Shown one piece after another: positions 17,862 through 26,663 of a stretch of 64,000 bases of DNA. Origin of the DNA: a virus. A program made the translations under genes and the position numbers. A model generated the notes under the pieces. It was not told the DNA's origin, made no database searches, and worked only from the letters and a program-made list of their open reading frames with translations. The stretch covers positions 255,427-319,426 of the IMG/VR virus record IMGVR_UViG_3300045988_179268; one strand, written 5' to 3'. Position 1 is the stretch's first letter. Every line of letters starts with the position of its first letter.

Positions 17862-18866
17862 GTGAATCACGGAACCGTAAGCACTGTTTCTGTAAGCGGC
17901 GTGACAACGAACGGCACCTGTTCCTTTAGAGGTAACGCTCAAGTGTCGGGCGGAACACACACGAATCTAGTTGCTAATGATGACACAAAAATTCTTGGCA
18001 ATGTCAGTACTTATAGAGTGACTGCAACAGGTAAAACCACCATCTCAGGGAACATTCACGTGTACAAAGCGCAGATTGGTGGGGATACCGTTATTGAGGT
18101 TCCTGACGATTTGCCTGAGCCTGCTATTCTTGCGGCTAAAAACAGCGCTAATGGAGTATCTGAGTATAACCAACTGCGTTATGACTTCAAAGACATTACA
18201 CCACACCCTACACGCCAGGGTACGGTGTGGGATAGCTCGTATCTAGCTCCAGCCGCCGGTATCTTACGCGGATTAACCGCAACATACGGACTATTGAAAA
18301 GCGCCTCATGGAGAGAGTTCACTATGTGCCTCAAAGCATCTAAGCATAAGGCACATAATTTACACTGTCGTTGCCTCATGTGGTATCCGCTCATCATGGC
18401 TGGCGACCCACTGGCGTTACAGTATTTGTTCCGGGTAGAAGGTTTGTGTGTTCCGTCAGTCGAGAATGTGGGTTATCCATCCCTTGATGGCACTATCAGG
18501 AACCCGCTTAGCGCACTTAGCTTCTCAGCTTTAGAAAACCTCTTGTCAGAAACAATATCCAGCATCATGGAAGATTGCCTACAAGATGACGTGGACACTA
18601 CCGATGCAGACCTATACCCGTGGGGCGTATATGTTGCAGAGGACGAACTAGAGAGTGCAGATGCGCAAAGAGTGATGAATAACATCTATTTGAATTTATG
18701 TCGAAACATTCAACCTATCTATCACCCTGTTACAGTGAGCCAGCATCAAATAAAGTCAAATTTTAATACCGAGTACCACACCACCTGGTATAAATATGTT
18801 AGACAGTTGCCAGAAAGCTGGCTAACACACTACAGGAATATTGCTGGTACATCCCCCACCATTTAA
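17862..18866 (+). CDS. Beta-helix / Cys-His-module family protein
   Basis: GTG 17862 sits 8 nt after AAGGAG. RGNAQVSGG, LGNVSTY, SGNIHVYKAQIGGDTVI, then MCLKASKHKAHNLHCRCLMWYPLIMAGDPLALQYL. Confidence 0.85.
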   Translation: MNHGTVSTVSVSGVTTNGTCSFRGNAQVSGGTHTNLVANDDTKILGNVSTYRVTATGKTTISGNIHVYKAQIGGDTVIEVPDDLPEPAILAAKNSANGVSEYNQLRYDFKDITPHPTRQGTVWDSSYLAPAAGILRGLTATYGLLKSASWREFTMCLKASKHKAHNLHCRCLMWYPLIMAGDPLALQYLFRVEGLCVPSVENVGYPSLDGTIRNPLSALSFSALENLLSETISSIMEDCLQDDVDTTDADLYPWGVYVAEDELESADAQRVMNNIYLNLCRNIQPIYHPVTVSQHQIKSNFNTEYHTTWYKYVRQLPESWLTHYRNIAGTSPTI

Positions 18867-18868
18867 AG

Positions 18869-19966
18869 ATGAAGAAGGAGACAATGGAAGAGTTTATTGC
18901 GCCTTTCACAGTGAGCTACACTGACCGCCGCCGCAACCCCAAGAAGCACACCTTATATATTTCGACAACAGAGGAGAATGCTCCTACCGGCGAAGGATTC
19001 AATATTTCGCCAGATGCCCAATTGGGCACTATTAAGCATCTAACTCTTAATCACTGCTCCGTTGATAGTGGTGCTGTGGTGCTTAGTGGCAAGCATAGGG
19101 ATTCATCTTTTGATAGCGGTACTTATATTGATGGCAACGTTGATAGTGTTGGAGTAAGCTTTCAGCCGTCACATGAGGGACGTATCTATATCGAGGGTGA
19201 CATTACTATTGTGGGGCGTAATATTTGCGGGGATTTCACTCTCAAGGCAACCACTAGTGGCGAAACAAAAATTTCGTTCGGTCAGCCGCGACTGCTTTAT
19301 TTTCAAAATAAAGGAGACGGCGACTTACTTTACCATCTGCCATCCCTCCTTGCTGTTGAAGGTGAAGATTATGAAGTTGGTATCATTCGCCCGCACACCA
19401 CTGATTTAAGCAGGGGAGACGCACAGAAAAAGCTAAGCGCACTTGAGAAGAACACTGAAAACCTCTCTCAAAGTGGTGTGACAGTGAAAACTTTCTGTGT
19501 CGCTTCTAAAATTCACAACTCTGATAGTTGCCGCTGTGGAATGTACTACCCGCTATTGCTGTTGCGCCACCCACTTGCAATTACATATTTCATCAAAGCT
19601 GTTGATGGGCTGGAGCAGTATATCCCCGAGGCGTACAGTAACCTCACCTGGGCACAGCTCACTCAGATGCTTAATGATGTTAATGAACGTAATGATTATC
19701 TGATTGATAAAATTGCGGATGAGTTGGGAACTAATATTGGCGAGGACAGTTTGAGTGTCAAGCTTTACGAAACTCTCAAGCGTGACTATGGGCTACACGA
19801 CCTGACATTATTGTTTGGTGAGTTAAAGCCTGCGATGAAGGCAGATATTACGCGGGCGCTTACTATTGATAGCGACCGTGGCGTGTATTTCATGCATAGT
19901 GTCGCGGGTAGTGACAAGTTACATAAACGTTCCTATCGGAAGATTCTAGAAGGAGAGGTCTTCTAG
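18869..19966 (+). CDS. Beta-helix / Cys-His-module family protein (subfamily B)
   Basis: The start is coupled to the upstream stop; ATG 18884 is an alternative. FCVASKIHNSDSCRCGMYYPLLLLRHPLAITYF and YSNLTWAQL. Confidence 0.8.
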   Translation: MKKETMEEFIAPFTVSYTDRRRNPKKHTLYISTTEENAPTGEGFNISPDAQLGTIKHLTLNHCSVDSGAVVLSGKHRDSSFDSGTYIDGNVDSVGVSFQPSHEGRIYIEGDITIVGRNICGDFTLKATTSGETKISFGQPRLLYFQNKGDGDLLYHLPSLLAVEGEDYEVGIIRPHTTDLSRGDAQKKLSALEKNTENLSQSGVTVKTFCVASKIHNSDSCRCGMYYPLLLLRHPLAITYFIKAVDGLEQYIPEAYSNLTWAQLTQMLNDVNERNDYLIDKIADELGTNIGEDSLSVKLYETLKRDYGLHDLTLLFGELKPAMKADITRALTIDSDRGVYFMHSVAGSDKLHKRSYRKILEGEVF

Positions 19967-19985
19967 CGGTAGGATAGGTATTGAA

Positions 19986-20020
19986 GTGTCCCCTTGCGAT
20001 TTATTATCTCAAGGGGACAC
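19986..20020 (+). terminator. Hairpin terminator
   Basis: Stem gtgtcccctt/aaggggacac followed by tttg. Confidence 0.7.
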
Positions 20021-20038
20021 TTTGCGTCACGCCGCTAC

Positions 20039-20067
20039 TGGACAACAATTTAAATATGTGGTACACT
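20039..20067 (+). promoter_or_regulatory. Promoter, TGGACA-N17-TGTGGTACACT
   Basis: Recurrent motif, 40 nt upstream of GTG 20107. Confidence 0.6.
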
Positions 20068-20106
20068 TTTAGTGAAATTACTTATCTACTACCATAAGGA
20101 AGCATT

Positions 20107-21708
20107 GTGACCACCCAGCACACCACTAAGGCACTGCTGAAATACAGCCCCGGTTGGACACCCATCACGAACACAACCAGCCTCCCCATCTGGCAACATG
20201 GTGGTTCTAACGTCATCCCTAAGAAGAAGCAACGAACCATCCAGGAACCTGATGGTGTTTGGCGTATCCCTCTTAGTGAAACCTTAAAAGACGGACGCGG
20301 AACCCTGCACACCCCTTTCACGAACGTTTGGAGCGAAGTAGACAGAAAGGTTCGCCCTGAGAATTGGCAGTACCTATCCGTTCTCTACAGTACTGCCGGA
20401 AAATACAATAAGGATAGTGGCGCAATGGAGCCAAATCCTGACGCACCCCTACCGACCGTAATTCGTGACCCTAACGTCAATATTCCCGCCGTTTTTAGTG
20501 ATGCAGAACAGGTTCTCTACAAGTATGATAATGTGTATTCACTGCCCGGATGTGTTGAAAACCTTCTAGGTGGCAACTATATCTACGGTCGAGCTACCGT
20601 AAACCCATATGAGGTTGATATGCGCAATGCAGGTTGTCGAATCTCGGGGGATGCCACTATTGAAAGCGGTGTAATTACTAAAAACTCTATGCCACATGGA
20701 GTGTTTGACGGTCTGCCGCTAACGTCATATTCCAGCAACTCGAAGCTGTTCATTAAAGGTAAAACTGTCGTTCGCAACAGTGCCATCTACCGTGACTGCG
20801 CATTGACAGGAAATACTCTTATTGAAGACAGTTTGCTAGAGAGCGTCCACGTGACCAGTGATAATATCGACCTACATCTCAGCGATGTAAAAATTCTGGG
20901 TGCTGATTTTGCAAGTGAAGGCAATATCGGCATCTCTGGAGCTAAGGTTAAGGGTCTTCATGCCAGGCGAGACGCAAACCTCAGCCTGTCTGGTCAGGCA
21001 AACATTGAACATGTCTGGCTTGAAGGCGGAAATGCTCACATTGAAGGAAATATTGGCTTCATGCTTAGCGCTTTTGGTGGTTCCTTCAAGCTTCGAGCAA
21101 CAGCCCCCAAGGATGGTCGTGGTAGTGACTACCTTTTTGACCGCGTGAACGGATACTACATCCTGCCTCTCATGTTGTCTCAGCGCGACTTTGAATCCTG
21201 TATCCACTGGGATGATGGCTGGACTTCGCCAGAGACAGTTTTCTCTATTAATGTGCTGGGGACGCTTAACCTGAGCACTCAATTGCTACGGAAGCCGCAT
21301 AATATTGAGCAGTTCTGTTGTCTGCCGGACACTCACTTGAACGACCAGTGCCGTTGCGCATTGTACTACCCGCTGTTTCTGATGTGTCACCCGATGGCTG
21401 TTACATACTTCCTTAAGACGGGCGGCTTGGATAATTCGGTTCCTGTACAGTATCAGAGCTTGTCTATTGCCCAGCTTGAAAGCAGTATGGATAACCTTAT
21501 TGTTGAGGTGGGAGAGAATCTGGATATGCGCCAGTCTGTCATTCATTTTATTGGACTCATGAACGGATATGTGCCCGATATTGGAAGTGTGCAAGAGATG
21601 AAAGATACTATTTGTAAAATTTACGGTGTAGACGTTGCTGATATTGTGCGGGACAAGTGTGATTATCGACTGCCATTGGGTCGTAACACGCGGTTTTTCC
21701 GCCGTTAG
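20107..21708 (+). CDS. Beta-helix / Cys-His-module family protein (subfamily B)
   Basis: GTG follows AAGGAAG. SGDATIESG...TGNTLIEDS...EGNIGISGAKVKG...SGQANIEHVWLEGGNAHIEGNIGF, then CCLPDTHLNDQCRCALYYPLFLMCHPMAVTYF and YQSLSIAQL. Confidence 0.85.
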   Translation: MTTQHTTKALLKYSPGWTPITNTTSLPIWQHGGSNVIPKKKQRTIQEPDGVWRIPLSETLKDGRGTLHTPFTNVWSEVDRKVRPENWQYLSVLYSTAGKYNKDSGAMEPNPDAPLPTVIRDPNVNIPAVFSDAEQVLYKYDNVYSLPGCVENLLGGNYIYGRATVNPYEVDMRNAGCRISGDATIESGVITKNSMPHGVFDGLPLTSYSSNSKLFIKGKTVVRNSAIYRDCALTGNTLIEDSLLESVHVTSDNIDLHLSDVKILGADFASEGNIGISGAKVKGLHARRDANLSLSGQANIEHVWLEGGNAHIEGNIGFMLSAFGGSFKLRATAPKDGRGSDYLFDRVNGYYILPLMLSQRDFESCIHWDDGWTSPETVFSINVLGTLNLSTQLLRKPHNIEQFCCLPDTHLNDQCRCALYYPLFLMCHPMAVTYFLKTGGLDNSVPVQYQSLSIAQLESSMDNLIVEVGENLDMRQSVIHFIGLMNGYVPDIGSVQEMKDTICKIYGVDVADIVRDKCDYRLPLGRNTRFFRR

Positions 21709-21732
21709 TAATCATGCCTGACAGTGGCATTG

Positions 21733-21778
21733 AATGGGGGTGTACTTGGCGACATAAATCGCCAAGTACACCCCCATT
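21733..21778 (+). terminator. Hairpin terminator
   Basis: 20-bp perfect stem aatgggggtgtacttggcga/tcgccaagtacacccccatt with a 6-nt loop. Confidence 0.8.
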
Positions 21779-21797
21779 CTTAAGTATCTACCCAATC

Positions 21798-21825
21798 TTG
21801 CAACACTTCTAATTTGTGGTACAAT
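21798..21825 (+). promoter_or_regulatory. Promoter, TTGCAA-N16-TGTGGTACAAT
   Basis: -35 at 21798-21803 and the motif at 21815-21825. Confidence 0.65.
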
Positions 21826-21869
21826 AAACTTGATAAGCTATTTTTGCATTAACAAAAAGGAGAATACTA

Positions 21870-23576
21870 ATGACTTCCACTTCAATGGACTGCCGCCACC
21901 TTATCAAGTATGCGCGAAACCTTAGCAAGAATACTCGATTCCCTGTTTTTCAGCACGCTTACCCTCAAGTAACTAAAGACATTCAGCCCTTTACCTTCGA
22001 GTCAGTCCCTAAGGAGCTTGTCTTGTCCGTTAAGGGTGATGACCTGGCTCCTAGAACTGGCCCCTACTATTATACGGGGGAATGGTATGAGTCTAATCAG
22101 GCGCACCCATACTTTCACTACGTACTCTACGACACCCTGTTTTGGGGTAGTAGAGTTTATAATGAAGACTACTCTTACCCCTCAGTCTTTGAAGATATTG
22201 AGAAGAACCTTCCAAGCCTTCATAAGCACCTCACCATTGCTGGACGAAAGGGACGCAACACCTACTCCCTTCCGCCGGAAGTCTCTAGGAATATCATTGG
22301 CGGCAATAAGATTTACGAAGATGCGAAGGTAGACCCTTTCACCGTAAACATGCGCAATGCTAGGGCGACAATTAGGGGAAAAGCATCTATTGTAAATACT
22401 ACTATTAGCAATGAATCCTCTGAGGACGACTTCGAGATTCCTCGCGGCAGAACCTCTTCCGACTATAGAATCAATATCGGTGGAGACGTTGAAATTAAGG
22501 ACTCCGCTATTTATCATGGTACACAGATTGAAGCCTCTGGAATTATTGCCGGTAGCACCATTGATTCCTTTTGGCACTATGACAAATACGAGGAATACCC
22601 TAAGCTTACATTAGATGTAGCCAATAGCACCTTAAAGGGTATTGTTGCTAATAATTATGATGAAGATAATTTCCCAAACCAATCCATTAAAGTCATTGCA
22701 AAGGATGCAACTATTGATGGGGGCTCTATTAAGGGTTCTTCTTTCCTCAGCATTGAGGGCGCTAGTTGCACTGGCATAGAGGTGTGGAACAGTTCTGTAT
22801 CAATCCTTACCCCTGGTGTAGCACTAAGCTCAACTTCCTTCTATGATGGGAGTAGCTTCACTCTGAGTGGCAATTTTTCATCATTCTGTACGTCATTCTA
22901 TGGTGCTGGAGTTATTGATATTGAGAGCGACGACCACTGGCTACCTGGAGATAATGCATGGGGGGAGGGTCGCAAGATGGCAACCTTCAACCTGTTATAC
23001 TCCGTCCCCTATCTCGCTTCCGCTATTTTTAACCAACCCATTGAAGAGATTGAGAGGCGGTTTCATGTAAATGGCGAGCTGGATACATATAACTACTCTA
23101 AGGTTTTGGAGAAGTCTATCTCGGGAACATTGCGTGCCGCACGTTCAGTTATTCAAACCGGCGCTACTATCAATAGGTTCTGTGTTGCCCCCGATGCACA
23201 CGTCTACGATGACTGCAAATGTGCGCTGTACTACCCACTTCTCCTTGAAGGTGATACAGCCGGGATTCTCTACTTCCTTAAGGTGTCAAACTTAGAGGAA
23301 CATATTCCGCTCCCGTACAAGTATTTGTCGTTTGCACAGCTACGAGACATGATGACCAGCATTGTGAATGAGCGAACAGATGCGTCTTGGGATGGAAACT
23401 GGTGGGAATTGTCCTCAGAGTATTCTAAGAAAATTTCAATGCAGACTCTTAATGACACTATCCGTACACCACAGGATGTTCGCGATGCCGTGACTGGATT
23501 TTGTGGACTAACTGATTTCAGTAAACTTGTTGGACATGCAACGGATGGTTTCAACTTCTCCAATCTTACTGAGTGA
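21870..23576 (+). CDS. Beta-helix / Cys-His-module family protein (subfamily B, largest)
   Basis: ATG sits 7 nt after AAGGAG. FCVAPDAHVYDDCKCALYYPLLLEGDTAGILYF and YKYLSFAQL. Confidence 0.85.
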   Translation: MTSTSMDCRHLIKYARNLSKNTRFPVFQHAYPQVTKDIQPFTFESVPKELVLSVKGDDLAPRTGPYYYTGEWYESNQAHPYFHYVLYDTLFWGSRVYNEDYSYPSVFEDIEKNLPSLHKHLTIAGRKGRNTYSLPPEVSRNIIGGNKIYEDAKVDPFTVNMRNARATIRGKASIVNTTISNESSEDDFEIPRGRTSSDYRINIGGDVEIKDSAIYHGTQIEASGIIAGSTIDSFWHYDKYEEYPKLTLDVANSTLKGIVANNYDEDNFPNQSIKVIAKDATIDGGSIKGSSFLSIEGASCTGIEVWNSSVSILTPGVALSSTSFYDGSSFTLSGNFSSFCTSFYGAGVIDIESDDHWLPGDNAWGEGRKMATFNLLYSVPYLASAIFNQPIEEIERRFHVNGELDTYNYSKVLEKSISGTLRAARSVIQTGATINRFCVAPDAHVYDDCKCALYYPLLLEGDTAGILYFLKVSNLEEHIPLPYKYLSFAQLRDMMTSIVNERTDASWDGNWWELSSEYSKKISMQTLNDTIRTPQDVRDAVTGFCGLTDFSKLVGHATDGFNFSNLTE

Positions 23577-23590
23577 TATGTGAGACAATA

Positions 23591-23627
23591 ACGTAAACCC
23601 GCCCATATTTTTTGGGTGGGTTTACGT
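23591..23627 (+). terminator. Hairpin terminator
   Basis: 15-bp stem acgtaaacccgccca/tgggtgggtttacgt followed by ttgttt. Confidence 0.75.
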
Positions 23628-23651
23628 TTGTTTACCCAAAAAAATATGGGG

Positions 23652-23681
23652 TTGCGCAAGTTTCCTAATCTGTGGTACACT
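23652..23681 (+). promoter_or_regulatory. Promoter, TTGCGC-N18-TGTGGTACACT
   Basis: The motif is at 23671-23681. Confidence 0.6.
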
Positions 23682-23724
23682 ATCCATATAGCAAGCGTTG
23701 AAGTACCACAGAGAGGAAGAACCG

Positions 23725-24045
23725 ATGACCGCAAAGGACTTCACCCCCGCAATTGAAGCAGACCTCAACAACGAGGTAGCCAAAGAGGAAAGCCTGCTCC
23801 AAATCGCTACTTCCTGGGCAAACTACTGGGCTGAGAAGCTTGAAGATGCCAAGACTGCCTACGACCGCGCCCTAGAAGCAATCCAGACCGTCGGCGTACA
23901 GGCACTTGCCATTGCCCGCAAAACCTACGAGAAAGCAACCAAAAAGTTTAAGGAAGCCAAGAGCCGTGTTGAAGAGCATGTAGAAGCACTCAAAGCTCTC
24001 TACGTCCTCTATTACGAGTTCGTAACCCCTTACACCGCAAAGTAG
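23725..24045 (+). CDS. Hypothetical helical/charged protein
   Basis: ATG 23725 (MTAKDFTP) follows GAGAGGAAG. Confidence 0.7.
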   Translation: MTAKDFTPAIEADLNNEVAKEESLLQIATSWANYWAEKLEDAKTAYDRALEAIQTVGVQALAIARKTYEKATKKFKEAKSRVEEHVEALKALYVLYYEFVTPYTAK

Positions 24046-24051
24046 CCCACA

Positions 24052-24240
24052 ATGAACTACTTCACCGCATTGTCAAACAAGCTTGACGAGGCGTACACCC
24101 TAAAGCCCGGCGAAACCTACCACGTCGAATCCGCCACTAACGCGGTCATCGCACACCTCGCCAAGGCTCAAAAGACCTACAACCAGCTCACCCACACAGA
24201 ACTAACCACCATCATTCAACGCCACATCAGCAACAGCTAA
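24052..24240 (+). CDS. Hypothetical protein
   Basis: ORF-track frame. The start is 6 nt after the upstream stop, with no SD sequence. Confidence 0.5.
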   Translation: MNYFTALSNKLDEAYTLKPGETYHVESATNAVIAHLAKAQKTYNQLTHTELTTIIQRHISNS

Positions 24241-24261
24241 GACACCTACAGGAGGCACAAA

Positions 24262-24516
24262 ATGAAGATTAGTGGATACGCCATTGAACGCATTCACAAG
24301 AACATGTACCGCATTATCAACGCAGATGGTCAGCAGGTAGGCATTATCGAACGAAACAAGCAGGCATCTATCCGCCCTGGCACTGGGCGCTGGCACGCAC
24401 GCGGAACCTCAAAGATTACCAGCTACAAGGGACTCACCGCACAGGGCAACAACCTTCGTGAAACACTCACCATCTTCATTGAGTGCCCTTGCCGAACCTA
24501 CATCATTAGCGCCTAA
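24262..24516 (+). CDS. Hypothetical protein
   Basis: ATG sits 7 nt after AGGAGG. Confidence 0.7.
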   Translation: MKISGYAIERIHKNMYRIINADGQQVGIIERNKQASIRPGTGRWHARGTSKITSYKGLTAQGNNLRETLTIFIECPCRTYIISA

Positions 24517-24526
24517 TCGAGCCAAT

Positions 24527-24573
24527 GTTGCGCCTAGTGGGAGGAACCTCACAGCCTCCCCACTAGGCGCAAC
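24527..24573 (+). terminator. Hairpin terminator
   Basis: Stem gttgcgcctagtgggagg/cctccccactaggcgcaac (one bulged nucleotide). Confidence 0.7.
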
Positions 24574-24682
24574 TCATTAAAGATTGATATACTGGGTGAT
24601 GCCTCAAGAGTAAGGCAAAACCTTTGAAGTTAAAAACGGTGACTTCGCTAGGTTCATTCACTCTAACACGAAAGGAAACAGT

Positions 24683-25291
24683 ATGTCTCATGGCTCACGT
24701 TTCATCTACACCGTAACCCAGACCAGCCCAGCTAACGAAGACAATGCGGTCGCGTCTGTTACTGTCCTCGTGACCGACAAGCCGCATATCGGCAAGGATG
24801 GTAATGTTTCAGAGAATCAGAACCACACCGCATTACATGGAACTGCGTTCACTTTCAAGCCGCGTTCGTTCGCCGTCACGAACACATACTCTTACACCCC
24901 TAATGGTCGTAAGTACACCTTCACTCTCTTTAAGAGTGAGCCTGGCAATCGCATCGGTGGCGCAGACGGTCTGCTAGACGGCGGTATGCACAGTGGTACC
25001 GCCGCGAGTCGCTGGATTACTAACAGCACTGCCGTGCTCGAATTTGTTCGTGACTTTGTTGAAGTAAATCAGTTTGAGCTGAATACACTTATCTTGAGTA
25101 GCCGCGCTTGGGGTAAGGACAATGAGGAGTTGCTTAATGAGGCGCACACCGTGACGGGCATTTCAGTGCTTTCTGAAAATGTTCAGACGGCGTTCCTTGC
25201 AAGCCTGGAGGTTCAGTCGAATCTTGCGAACAGTCTTGTAACGAAGTATGTTGCCACGGCGCGACCTGAACTTAATAACTCCAACGACTAA
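24683..25291 (+). CDS. Hypothetical protein
   Basis: ATG follows GAAAGGAAA. Confidence 0.7.
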   Translation: MSHGSRFIYTVTQTSPANEDNAVASVTVLVTDKPHIGKDGNVSENQNHTALHGTAFTFKPRSFAVTNTYSYTPNGRKYTFTLFKSEPGNRIGGADGLLDGGMHSGTAASRWITNSTAVLEFVRDFVEVNQFELNTLILSSRAWGKDNEELLNEAHTVTGISVLSENVQTAFLASLEVQSNLANSLVTKYVATARPELNNSND

Positions 25292-25304
25292 AAATAGGTG
25301 CAAA

Positions 25305-25348
25305 GAAAAGGTGGAATCCCCAAATGATTTAAGGGGTTCCACCTTTTC
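25305..25348. terminator. Bidirectional hairpin between convergent genes
   Basis: Stem gaaaaggtggaa(t)cccc/ggggttccaccttttc with A and T runs flanking it. Confidence 0.75.
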
Positions 25349-25358
25349 TTTTCCCTAC

Positions 25359-25982
25359 CTAAACATGTCCTTTATTGACCCAGGTGCACATCTCCATCAT
25401 ATCTGGAACATGGTTGTGTGTTGCTTTGACACAGGGCTTCCCATCTAGACCTGGGCACTCCACGGAATTTGTTGCCGCCGGGCTAACTAAGCCGTGAATC
25501 TCTTTCACTAAATCTACCCACAGTGAAGGGTTGATAGTTTCCCTGTTTGCCGCATTGTTTAGGATGGCGCAGGCGGCATCATGCGGGGTAATCCCCGCTG
25601 GGAACGTGTAGGCACCCTTTACAGCATACGCATTCGCGGGGTTAGCGTCATGGTAGAGAGATAGCAGGCGCTTGTCGTCATTAGGTACACGGTCAAATAC
25701 GGCTTCCAGATAACCTTGCAGATGTTCGTCATGAACAACTCTGGTGATGACTCGCGCCGTAATATTTACATCTTCACCAGCCGCCGTATGCGTGCTCAAA
25801 TGGATACTTTGAGACGAAGTGACTGGCAAGTCTGTAGGTTTCAAATCTTTTGGCGCTTCACTGAGTGTCATGACTCGGTAAAACCTTACAGGTTTACCTT
25901 CCACTTCCCGATTTTGCGGGTATGGTATAATGGTAGCCTCAATGAAAGTTGTGATGGTCATGTTGCCTGACAGTTCTTCCAT
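25359..25982 (-). CDS. Hypothetical protein
   Basis: ATG follows GAAGGAG on the minus strand. Confidence 0.7.
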   Translation of the reverse strand: MEELSGNMTITTFIEATIIPYPQNREVEGKPVRFYRVMTLSEAPKDLKPTDLPVTSSQSIHLSTHTAAGEDVNITARVITRVVHDEHLQGYLEAVFDRVPNDDKRLLSLYHDANPANAYAVKGAYTFPAGITPHDAACAILNNAANRETINPSLWVDLVKEIHGLVSPAATNSVECPGLDGKPCVKATHNHVPDMMEMCTWVNKGHV

Positions 25983-26062
25983 ACCAAACTCCTTCTCTGT
26001 AGGTATTTAGGGGCTTCCCCCTTATTGTACCGCATGTAGGGAGTGCGCAACAGCAACCCTTC

Positions 26063-26091
26063 TTGCATTAATCAGCAATCTGTGTTACACT
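26063..26091 (+). promoter_or_regulatory. Promoter, TTGCAT-N17-TGTGtTACACT, firing into miniature IS copy 1
   Basis: -35 at 26063-26068 and the motif at 26081-26091. The element's left end starts about 5 nt later. Confidence 0.6.
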
Positions 26092-26095
26092 TTAG

Positions 26096-26557
26096 GTATG
26101 ATTAACCTTTAATTCAACTCGTGCAAATTTGTATGTTTCTGTCATCTATTGTTGCAAAATTTGACGGCTTGTGTCATACTATAAGTACGGGCTCAGAATA
26201 ACCCGACGTAGTTATACGCTGTGTTATTCTGAGCCATAATCGAATCAGTGTTAAGTGTAGTTGTTGCTACCTGAGTTCTGTGGGACAGTTAAATCCATCC
26301 ACCGTCCAGGTTACGGTATATCCGTGACCGCCCCATATTTTTGACGAGATGCAGATTTAGCCCATCTTCACAAGGGCACAAAAATTGGAAGTAAGGATTA
26401 TTACCTTGGCTACTTGGTTCGTTTACACGTAACCCTAAGCGTTATGCGAGGGGCTAGAGGTATCGTAGGGTGCCTATAACAGATGTAAATCTGTTATAAA
26501 TTAAATGCAACGGATAGTTGTTTTTGCAACAATTCGATACACCATTTAAACCTATGC
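26096..26557 (+). mobile_element. Miniature tnpB-less derivative (copy 1) of the IS605/IS1341-type element at 62496-64000
   Basis: The left end (gtatgattaacctttaattcaactcgtgcaaatttgtatg...) and the last ~140 nt align with the full copy. Short islands of the tnpB 3' half are retained (tccatccaccgtc, tttttgacgagatgcagatt). It ends in ttcgatacaccatttaaacctatgc. An internal 13-bp hairpin ggctcagaataac/gttattctgagcc sits at 26190-26235. Confidence 0.8.
26414..26557 (+). ncRNA. Putative omega-RNA scaffold / right end (copy 1)
   Basis: Near-identical to 63857-64000. The hairpin ataacag-N8-ctgttat keeps its stem while the loop differs among the three copies. The 5' boundary is not determinable. Confidence 0.45.
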
Positions 26558-26663
26558 GTCCTTGTAAGGTGAAACTGAGGCACATGACCCACCCCTTACA
26601 TTGAGGCACACTTAATAACTAACTTATCACAAATATACTTTTGGAAAGGATTTTTTCTTTCTC

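Noticed and set aside
26568-26580. The 13-mer ggtgaaactgagg shared between the flank of miniature IS copy 1 and 39625-39637
   Set aside because: It is a single short match. It was hand-spotted and cannot be evaluated statistically here. The surrounding sequence is not alignable beyond gta-n-ggtgaaactgagg, so there is not enough to call a guide target or a fourth element.
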